Shown piece by piece: positions 47,749 through 54,808 of a stretch of DNA of 64,000 bases. Each line of letters starts with the position of its first letter. Position 1 is the stretch's first letter. Where the stretch lies: contig CAZPJD010000184.1 in NCBI GenBank assembly GCA_964586775.1, positions 1,668-65,667 on the forward strand, read 5' to 3'. The notes below the pieces were generated by a model that did no database searches, had not been told where the DNA came from, and was given only the letters and a program-made list of their open reading frames with translations. Source of the stretch: an uncultured bacterium (GTDB lineage Bacteria; Lernaellota; Lernaellaia; JACKCT01). A program made the position numbers and the translations under genes.

Positions 47749-48744
47749 ATGCAACTGCCCGCGGACATTCAGGCTCTCACCGAGGACGTGAAACAGGCGT
47801 CCGCCGCCGTCGACCGCCTCACCGCCGAGGTCTCCAAGGTCATCGTCGGCCAGCGCTACATGGTCGAGCGCGTGCTGATCGGCATCCTGTGCGGCGAGCA
47901 CATCCTGCTCGAAGGCGTGCCCGGCCTCGCCAAGACACTCGCGGTCAATACCTTCGCCCGCGCCATCAGCGGCTCGTTCGCGCGCGTGCAGTTCACGCCC
48001 GATCTGCTGCCCGCGGACCTCGTCGGCACGATGATCTACGATCAGAAATCCGGCGACTTCAAAGCGAAAAAGGGCCCGCTCTTCGCCAACCTCGTCCTCG
48101 CCGACGAAATCAACCGCGCCCCCGCCAAGGTGCAGTCCGCGCTGCTCGAGGCCATGCAGGAGCATCAGGTCACCCTGGGCGACACCACCTACAAACTGCC
48201 CGAGCCCTTCCTCGTCTTCGCGACGCAAAACCCCATCGAGCAGCAGGGCACCTATCCGCTGCCCGAGGCGCAGGTCGACCGCTTCATGCTCAAGCTCAAA
48301 GTCGGCTATCCGACGCGCAACGAGGAACGCGAGATCATCGCGCGCCACAGCGCCGGCCACGCCCCCGAGCCGACGCAGGTGACTTCGCCCGACGACATCC
48401 TGAAACTGCGCGAGCTGGTGCGTCGCATCTATGTGGACGAGCGCATCACGAGCTACATCCTCGACCTGATCTTCGCAACGCGCGACCCCAAGTCGATGGG
48501 CCTCGACAACCTGGAGCCGCTGATCCAGCTCGGCGCGAGCCCGCGCGCGAGCCTGTATCTGACCATCGCGGCGCGCGCCTTCGCGTTCCTCAATCATCGC
48601 GCCTTCGTCATCGCCGATGACGTGCACACCATCGCGCCCGACGTGCTGCGTCACCGCATCATCGGCACGTACGAGGCCGAGGCCGAGGGTCTGTCGAGTG
48701 ACGACATCGTGGCGCGTGTGCTCGAAAAGGTGAAAAAGCCGTGA
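47749..48744 (+). CDS. MoxR-family AAA+ ATPase
   Basis: Walker A GVPGLAKT, Walker B LADEINRA, characteristic TQNPIEQQGTYPLPEAQVDRF. Confidence 0.95.
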   Translation: MQLPADIQALTEDVKQASAAVDRLTAEVSKVIVGQRYMVERVLIGILCGEHILLEGVPGLAKTLAVNTFARAISGSFARVQFTPDLLPADLVGTMIYDQKSGDFKAKKGPLFANLVLADEINRAPAKVQSALLEAMQEHQVTLGDTTYKLPEPFLVFATQNPIEQQGTYPLPEAQVDRFMLKLKVGYPTRNEEREIIARHSAGHAPEPTQVTSPDDILKLRELVRRIYVDERITSYILDLIFATRDPKSMGLDNLEPLIQLGASPRASLYLTIAARAFAFLNHRAFVIADDVHTIAPDVLRHRIIGTYEAEAEGLSSDDIVARVLEKVKKP

Positions 48745-48783
48745 TGAGCAGGCGTAACCGGATGCAATTGTCCTCTCCGCATG

Positions 48784-49046
48784 CTGTCATCCTGATTTCC
48801 CAATCTGTCATCCTGAGCGTAGCGAAGGATCTGGTCGGAACACGCAACAAGACCCTTCGCTTCGCTCAGGGTGACACTTCCCAATTTGTCATTCCGAGCG
48901 AGGCCGTGGTTCTTTCTGTCATTCCGAGCGAGGCCGTGATTCTTTCTGTCATTCCGAGCGAGGCCGTCAGGCCGAGTCGAGGAATCCCTTTCCCGCTCGA
49001 CAACGTAAGGGATTCCTCCGCTCCGCTTCGCTCCGGTCGGAATGAC
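48784..49046. repeat. Block of nested palindromic (REP-like) elements, including 2.7 tandem copies of a 30-bp unit
   Basis: Hairpin 48807-48828 / 48854-48875 (GTCATCCTGAGCGTAGCGAAGG versus its near-complement, 20/22). Tandem TGTCATTCCGAGCGAGGCCGTGnTTCTTTC copies starting at 48887, 48917 and 48947. Perfect 12-bp inverted repeat GAGGAATCCCTT/AAGGGATTCCTC (48979-48990 / 49007-49018). Closing arm CGGTCGGAATGAC near 49035-49046. Confidence 0.85.
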
Positions 49047-49100
49047 GGCGCAAGAAGGCGCGACACTCGATTCGACAGTCTACCCTAAGGGTCAAGCCCA

Positions 49101-49985
49101 ATGCTGCCGCGCGAGCTGCTCAAAAAAATCCGGCGCATCGAGATCCTCACGCGCCGCCGCGTCGACGAGACCTTCGCGGGCCAATACCACTCGGTGTTCA
49201 AGGGCCGCGGCATGGAGTTCGCCGAGGTGCGCGAATACGCGATCGGCGACGACATCCGCGCCATCGACTGGAACGTCACCGCGCGCATGGGCCGGCCGTT
49301 TCTGAAGCTGTTCGAGGAAGAGCGCGAGCTGACCGTCATGATCGTCGCCGATATCTCCGCATCGATGGACACGGGCAGCGGCGCGGAGACGAAACGCGAA
49401 ACGGCGGCGACCCTCGCGGCGATTCTCGCTATGTCCGCGGTACGCAATCAGGACAAGGTGGGCGCGCTGCTCTTCGGCGGCGACGCGCATTCCTACGTGC
49501 CGCCGGGCAAGGGCCAGCGCCACGCGATCCGCATCGTGCGCGACATCTTGTACGAACAGCCGAAAAAAACGGGGACCGATCTCGAGGCGGCGATGGCGCA
49601 GCTCGGCCGCCTGCAAAAAAAACGCGCGGTGGTTTTCGTCATCTCCGATCTGCTGGGAATCAGCGAGCCGGGCCGCGCGTTCCAGATCGCCGCTCGCCGC
49701 CACGATCTGGTGGTGCTGCACGTCGAGGACCCGCGCGAACGCACCCTCGCGGGTTCGGGCCTGATTCCGCTCACCGATCCCGAAACGGGAGCGATGACGT
49801 GGATCGATCTGCGCGACGCGCCCACGCGCGCGCGCTGGACCGAAACCGCCGCCGCCCGCGAAACCGCCCGCAGAAAGTCCCTCTTGCGCATCGGCGTGGA
49901 TCGGGTTAAAATCGACGCTGGCTCCGATGTTTCAAAACCTTTGCTGCGCTTTTTCCGGGAAAGGGCGCTGAGGTTGGGAGCGTGA
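49101..49985 (+). CDS. DUF58 (vWA-like) protein, MoxR partner
   Basis: GQYHSVFKGRGMEFAEVREYAIGDDIRAIDWNVTAR motif. Downstream of moxR. Confidence 0.9.
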   Translation: MLPRELLKKIRRIEILTRRRVDETFAGQYHSVFKGRGMEFAEVREYAIGDDIRAIDWNVTARMGRPFLKLFEEERELTVMIVADISASMDTGSGAETKRETAATLAAILAMSAVRNQDKVGALLFGGDAHSYVPPGKGQRHAIRIVRDILYEQPKKTGTDLEAAMAQLGRLQKKRAVVFVISDLLGISEPGRAFQIAARRHDLVVLHVEDPRERTLAGSGLIPLTDPETGAMTWIDLRDAPTRARWTETAAARETARRKSLLRIGVDRVKIDAGSDVSKPLLRFFRERALRLGA

Positions 49986-50312
49986 GGGGAAAGAAAGAAC
50001 TGCGGATGGAGTGGACGAGTTCTGAGATCTCGCGACAGGCAAATTTCAAGTGGTGCCGTCGAACAACCCTATCAGGCAGCCCACTTGACCGTCTGATTGG
50101 ATTGGGTAGGCGCTACTGTGGCGAGATCAATGAGGCGTAGCGCTGGCACAGCCTGCGCGAGTGGGGCTATTACCGGGTCATGAATTAGGTGGGAGAATTT
50201 TGAGGTTATTTTGAGGACGCAATTTTTACCCCCAGCTAAAGCGCTAGGCGAGTTGCGTCTATCGTGGCGTGGAGCAGATGGGTATTTTTGACATCGATAG
50301 GCCGGAGGAAGC

Positions 50313-51338
50313 ATGTCGCGGAAGATAAAGACGGCTAGGGATTGGGATAACGCTTCGATTGACGATTTCGTCAATGACACTGGAATTGTCTGGAAAAAAC
50401 AGGATGCGAGCCGGTCAATGATCGACATTTGGCTTCGCGTTGTTCAACACGCAGCCGGATTTGGCGAACAAGTTCGTCGTCAAAGGTTAGACGAAGCGAC
50501 GAAGCAGTTAGCAAGACTTGCAATATGGATGTTAACATTTGCATCAAAAGGACTGGAGAAAAATCGAAGCGGGGTAGATGGTTTAATAAAATTGACGAAA
50601 CCAGTTTCAAGGTTACTGTGGATGAAATTCCCAAATTGCTGCCCTGCTTGTTTTACGCGAATGCATAGATCAAACCTTGTCGACGGTTTGAATGCAAAAA
50701 AACCTCGTTCTTGTCGATGTATATTAACATTAGAAGAAACGGAGAAACGAAACGAAGTATGGACGTCTAAACAAAAAGCTGAAACAAAAAAAATACGCAG
50801 ACAGTGGGCTGAGGCACATTTCATAAATTGTGATTACGGAAAAATAAGCATGATTGAGCTTGAATCGCGATTCGGGAACATTTTTCAGAGAAACATATTT
50901 TCTCAAAGTTTGGAATCTATGGCATTTCACCTGCTTGAAGAAGTGGGAGAAATGGCGGAATCGATAGTATCGCTCTATACTTACCAAGCTCAGAGGCCCA
51001 GTCAAACTAGCTGGCTCGAAAGAGTCTCGGAGTTGGAAGAGGAATTGGCCGATTGTTTTTCGTGGCTATTTGCAGTATCGCGAAAATTCCAAAATGTTTT
51101 TGAAGTGTTTGACAACTATTTGGAAAATAAAACAACTGTTTCCAAAAATATGTTTATTGCAAATCATATCAGAGACCGACACAGGCATAACGCTAGTAAG
51201 CAGTTGTGTTGTTTCGACTGTCAAGCTGCTGAATGTACATGTAAGATTAACATTATTCAGGATGATCTAGCGGCAAATCGCATTATGGCTGCGCCTAGAC
51301 CGGCAGAAAAGGCAAAAAAAATCGCAAGATCCACTTAA
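50313..51338 (+). CDS. MazG-like all-alpha NTP-pyrophosphohydrolase domain protein with two Cys-rich (zinc-ribbon-like) clusters, in an AT-rich islet
   Basis: SD GGAGGA before ATG 50313. HLLEEVGEMAES ... ELEEELADCFSWLFAVS (EExxE / ExxD pair). Degenerate N-terminal copy (VVQHAAGFGEQV ... QLARLAIWMLTFAS). CCPAC-x20-CRC and CCFDC-x4-CTC. Confidence 0.6.
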   Translation: MSRKIKTARDWDNASIDDFVNDTGIVWKKQDASRSMIDIWLRVVQHAAGFGEQVRRQRLDEATKQLARLAIWMLTFASKGLEKNRSGVDGLIKLTKPVSRLLWMKFPNCCPACFTRMHRSNLVDGLNAKKPRSCRCILTLEETEKRNEVWTSKQKAETKKIRRQWAEAHFINCDYGKISMIELESRFGNIFQRNIFSQSLESMAFHLLEEVGEMAESIVSLYTYQAQRPSQTSWLERVSELEEELADCFSWLFAVSRKFQNVFEVFDNYLENKTTVSKNMFIANHIRDRHRHNASKQLCCFDCQAAECTCKINIIQDDLAANRIMAAPRPAEKAKKIARST

Positions 51339-51458
51339 GGGCAATTCGAAAATATCGGTACGCCAAGTAACAATGATATGTACTTGAATGGGGCGATGAA
51401 GTTTAATCGCTTAGGCGGCATTTGATGTGTAAACGCGGATTCGAAATAACATTGTTTC

Positions 51459-51531
51459 GCGGGTGTAGCTCAGTCGGTAGAGCACGAGCTTCCCAAGCTC
51501 GGGGTCGCGGGTTCGAGGCCCGTCGCCCGCT
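51459..51531 (+). tRNA. tRNA-Gly (anticodon CCC)
   Basis: GCGGGTG/CGCCCGC acceptor stem, D-arm TAGCTCAGTCGGTAGAGCA, anticodon loop TTCCCAA (CCC at 51492-51494), T-loop GGTTCGAGG. CCA not encoded. Confidence 0.9.
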
Positions 51532-51604
51532 TTGAAGAGGGGACCCGCGTTGCGGGGCAAGGCAGGGTCTTTGGTTCCCTCACCTCGTCTCGCTTTGCTC
51601 GCCA

Positions 51605-51631
51605 CCCCTCTCCCATCTGATGGGAGAGGGG
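51605..51631. repeat. Perfect 11-bp hairpin (CCCCTCTCCCA-TCTGA-TGGGAGAGGGG) nested in an outer CCCTCACC/GGTGAGGG inverted repeat (51577-51584 / 51675-51682)
   Basis: Direct reading of the sequence downstream of tRNA-Gly. Confidence 0.8.
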
Positions 51632-51692
51632 CAGGGCCCGCCGCACCGAAGCGGCAATGGCCGCGAAGGCGGGGGGTGAGGGCCGCACAGCC

Positions 51693-51944
51693 ATGTCCCC
51701 GGTCGAGAGCACGAAGATGCTGCGTTGCCCCATCTGCGATAGGCCCACCCGTTTCGAAGACGAGCCGCTCGGCCCGTTCTGCTCCGAACGCTGCCGGTTG
51801 ATCGACCTCGGCGAATGGGCGTCGGAGTCCTACCGCGTCGAGACGAATCCCGAGTGGAGCGAGGACGAGGTGATTGCCGAAGTCCGCGCCCGGCGCGACG
51901 AAAAATCGGCAGGTCCTCTTGCCGACGAGCCGAAAAAAACCTGA
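51693..51944 (+). CDS. yacG: DNA gyrase inhibitor YacG (zinc-finger)
   Basis: CPICDRPT...PFCSERCRLIDLGEWASESYRV. Start ATG 51693 or 51717; the track start 51657 lies inside the repeat element. Confidence 0.8.
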   Translation: MSPVESTKMLRCPICDRPTRFEDEPLGPFCSERCRLIDLGEWASESYRVETNPEWSEDEVIAEVRARRDEKSAGPLADEPKKT

Positions 51945-52126
51945 CCGCCATCAGCGTTGTCCCCGTTGCATTTTGGCGGGTCCGCCGCTAAAAATTGCTC
52001 ATCGGTCGCGCTGGGGATTTAACCGTTATTTCACGCGAATCCGTGAATCGGGCGCCGCTCGCGACGCGCGAAATCGCGCGTGCGCCGGAGCCGGACGAAC
52101 GGGCGTGTCGCCAAGGGGGAAGACGC

Positions 52127-53884
52127 ATGTCCAAGGATCTGTACGAAATCGGAGAAGCGCCGCCCGTCGGTACCGTGCCGGCGAAGATGCACGCGTGGCT
52201 GATTCGGCCCGAGCGATTCGGCGAGCCGACAAAGGGCTTCGCGAAGGAAGTGGTGGACGTTCCGCCGATCGCCGACGACGAGGTGCTCGTCTACGTGATG
52301 GCTGCCGGTGTGAACTACAACAACGTGTGGGCGGCTCTGGGCGTGCCGGTCAACGTCATCGGCGCGCGCAACAAAGCGGGCGAACCCGAGCCCTTCCACA
52401 TCGGCGGCTCCGACGCGTCGGGCATCGTCTACAAGGCCGGCAAGGACGTGAAGAACGTCAAAGTGGGTGACGAGGTCGTCATCCACTGCGGCACGTGGGA
52501 TCGCAACTGCGCGTGGGTCAAGGCGGGCAACGACCCGATGTACAGCCCCACGTTCAAGATCTGGGGTTACGAGACGAACTGGGGCTCGTTCGCGCAGTTC
52601 ACCAAGGTGCAGGCGCACCAGTGCGCGCCCAAGCCCCGCCATCTGTCGTGGGAGCAGGCCGGCGCGTATATGCTCGTCGCCGCCACCGCCTACCGTATGC
52701 TCCACAACTGGGGCGACAACGCGGTGAAAAAAGACGATGTCGCGCTCATCTGGGGCGGCGCGGGCGGCCTCGGCTCGATGGCGATCCAGATCGCCCGCGC
52801 GGCCGGCGCGATCCCCATCGCGGTGGTCTCCGCGGTCGACAAGGTGGAGTTCTGCAAAAAGCTCGGCGCGAAGGGCGTCATCAACCGCAACGACTTCGAC
52901 CACTGGGGCATGCTGCCGCACTGGAAGGACAACGCGGGCTACGCGACCTGGCTTTCCGGCGTTCGCAAGTTCGGCAAGGCCATCTGGGACATCCTCGGCG
53001 ACAAGCGCGGCGTCAACATCGTCTTCGAGCACCCCGGCGAGACGACCGTGCCCACCTCGATCTTCGTCGCCGAGACCGGCGGCATGGTCGTCATCTGCGC
53101 GGGCACCACGGGGTACAACGCCACGGTCGATCTGCGTTACCTGTGGATGCGCCAGAAGCGCCTGCAGGGCAGCCACTTCGCCAACGACGATCAGGCGTAC
53201 GCCGTCAACGATCTCGTGATCCAGGGCAAGGTCGATCCCTGCCTGTCGCGCACGTTCACGTGGGATCAACTGGCCGAGTGCCACCAGTTGATGTACGAAA
53301 ACAAGCACCCGCACGGGAACATGGCGATCCTCGTGGGGGCGAGCGAGTTGGGCAAGGGCGCCACGTCGGAGGTTCCGGTGGGCGATCATCATCACACCGC
53401 GCGCAAAGCGCCGACGCCGGTCATCGACCTGTACAACGTCGACGACCTGGCCGGCTTCGCGATTCCCGATGACCCGACCCCCGTGGCCGCGGTCTACCAT
53501 TCGCACCTGCCGACCGTGCCCGTCGACGGCACGCTGGCCGACGTGGCGCGCAAGATGGTGGACGAGACCGTGCACGCGGTCGTCATCACCGAGGCCGACG
53601 GCACCATCGCGGGCGTCGTCAGTCAGACGGACCTCGTGCTCGCACGTCAGCAGGGCAAGCCCGAGGAGGTGGCGCTTCTGGGCGTTCGCGACTTCATGAC
53701 GCCCAATCCTCTGACGATCACCAAGACGGACACGGTGCAGCACGCGATCACCATGATGACCACGCGGCGCATCCACCGCCTGATCGTCGTCGAAGAAACG
53801 GACGGCAAGGCGATCCCCGTCGGCGTGTGCGCGATGACCGACATCATCCGCCACATGTTCAAGCTGGGAAAACGCCCGCTCTGA
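52127..53884 (+). CDS. ccr: Crotonyl-CoA carboxylase/reductase fused to a C-terminal CBS-domain pair
   Basis: ATG 52127 after AAGGGGGA. Ccr-specific N-terminus ([54 protein letters not shown]). The last ~125 aa form two CBS motifs ([22 protein letters not shown]; [25 protein letters not shown]). Confidence 0.85.
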   Translation: MSKDLYEIGEAPPVGTVPAKMHAWLIRPERFGEPTKGFAKEVVDVPPIADDEVLVYVMAAGVNYNNVWAALGVPVNVIGARNKAGEPEPFHIGGSDASGIVYKAGKDVKNVKVGDEVVIHCGTWDRNCAWVKAGNDPMYSPTFKIWGYETNWGSFAQFTKVQAHQCAPKPRHLSWEQAGAYMLVAATAYRMLHNWGDNAVKKDDVALIWGGAGGLGSMAIQIARAAGAIPIAVVSAVDKVEFCKKLGAKGVINRNDFDHWGMLPHWKDNAGYATWLSGVRKFGKAIWDILGDKRGVNIVFEHPGETTVPTSIFVAETGGMVVICAGTTGYNATVDLRYLWMRQKRLQGSHFANDDQAYAVNDLVIQGKVDPCLSRTFTWDQLAECHQLMYENKHPHGNMAILVGASELGKGATSEVPVGDHHHTARKAPTPVIDLYNVDDLAGFAIPDDPTPVAAVYHSHLPTVPVDGTLADVARKMVDETVHAVVITEADGTIAGVVSQTDLVLARQQGKPEEVALLGVRDFMTPNPLTITKTDTVQHAITMMTTRRIHRLIVVEETDGKAIPVGVCAMTDIIRHMFKLGKRPL

Positions 53885-53910
53885 TCGAATCGAACAAATC
53901 GAACACGCGT

Positions 53911-53940
53911 CGGCGGGCCTTCGGGTCCGCCGATCGTTTT
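53911..53940 (+). terminator. Intrinsic terminator after ccr
   Basis: CGGCGGGCC-TTCG-GGTCCGCCG (9-bp stem with one G-T pair, UUCG loop) followed by ATCGTTTT. Starts 27 nt after the stop. Confidence 0.7.
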
Positions 53941-54133
53941 ACGCACCGAGGCGTGCGCGCCGCCCGGCGCTGGTGTAAATTCCTCCGGTGCACTGCCGAA
54001 AATGCCGCATCAAGATGAAGGAAGAGCGCCGGGTGTTTCACGGGAAACGCAAGTGGATCTGCCCAAAATGTGGTCGCGCGCGGATGCAGAGCGTCGAGAA
54101 GCCCGATCGGAAAAAACCCACGCGGGATGATCG

Positions 54134-54781
54134 ATGACACGCCCGCGCCCACAAAGTTCGTCACGAGCCATATGGAAGGACGAGGGCGACTTCGCGCGCC
54201 TGTGGGACGACCTGGCGAGCGTCGCGCCGTTTCCCGTGCCGCCGAATCTGGGGGCGCCATTCGCGACATACCGCGACGAATTGCTCCGGTTCAACGAGCG
54301 CATCAACCTGATTCGCGTGGCGAGCGATCGGGAGTTCGCGTCGCGCCACCTGCTCGACGCCCTCGCGGGTTTGCCGCTGCTGCCCGATCGAGGCCGCGTG
54401 GTCGACATCGGCTCCGGCGCGGGGATTCCCGGCCTCGTTCTCGCGATCGCGCGGCCCGATCTCGCGTTCACTCTCATTGAGTCGATCGGCAAAAAGGCCG
54501 CGTTTCTCGCACATGCGCGTCGCGCACTCAACCTTGCCAATGTGACCGTGTTCGCGGGCCGGTTCGAGGACGCGACGCCGGGCGACGTCTCGCTCTTCAC
54601 GGCCCGGGCGGTCGCGGATCCCTCGGCGCTGGTGCGTCTCGTCCGCGCACGGTCGTCCGCCTCGATTGCGATCTGGACCAGGCCGGGAGCGCTCGAGGTC
54701 GATGTCGAAAAGCTGGTTTCTTACCGCCTGCCCGACGATCCATCGGAACGAGTTGTCGTGCGGATTCCGGCGGCGATGTGA
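54134..54781 (+). CDS. rsmG: 16S rRNA (guanine527-N7)-methyltransferase
   Basis: RFNERINLI, RHLLDAL, SAM motif VVDIGSGAGIPGLVLAI, LIESIGKKAAFL. Confidence 0.9.
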   Translation: MTRPRPQSSSRAIWKDEGDFARLWDDLASVAPFPVPPNLGAPFATYRDELLRFNERINLIRVASDREFASRHLLDALAGLPLLPDRGRVVDIGSGAGIPGLVLAIARPDLAFTLIESIGKKAAFLAHARRALNLANVTVFAGRFEDATPGDVSLFTARAVADPSALVRLVRARSSASIAIWTRPGALEVDVEKLVSYRLPDDPSERVVVRIPAAM

Positions 54782-54808
54782 TCGCTTTCGGCGACGGTTC
54801 GTCGCGGC

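Noticed and set aside
48887-48969. Possible CRISPR array (30-bp direct repeats).
   Set aside because: The units are contiguous tandem copies with no unique spacers, there are only 2.7 copies, they form part of a larger palindromic element, and no cas genes are nearby.
50144-50158. Sigma54-type promoter (TGGCAC-N5-gcGC) upstream of the MazG-like gene; a similar weak match lies near 27860 upstream of gltB.
   Set aside because: Only the GG/GC dinucleotides and the TGGCAC hexamer match. The TTGC element is absent, and a 6-mer match is expected by chance many times in 64 kb.
50072-50428. 118-aa minus-strand ORF in the AT-rich islet.
   Set aside because: It overlaps the 5' end and SD of the better-supported plus-strand MazG-like gene, and has no SD or recognisable motifs.
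49986-51458. Integrative element with integrase and att sites at tRNA-Gly.
   Set aside because: No integrase or recombinase ORF is present. I found no duplication of the tRNA 3' end at the left border, and the islet lies on the 5' side of the tRNA. It is treated only as a compositionally foreign islet.
54015-54137. 40-codon sORF (MKEERRVFHGKRKWICPKCGRARMQSVEKPDRKKPTRDDR) whose TGA overlaps the rsmG ATG (ATGA).
   Set aside because: No SD, only one CxxC pair, and third-position G+C lower than in neighbouring genes. The coupling-like overlap could be chance. Not reported as a gene without ribosome profiling or conservation evidence.
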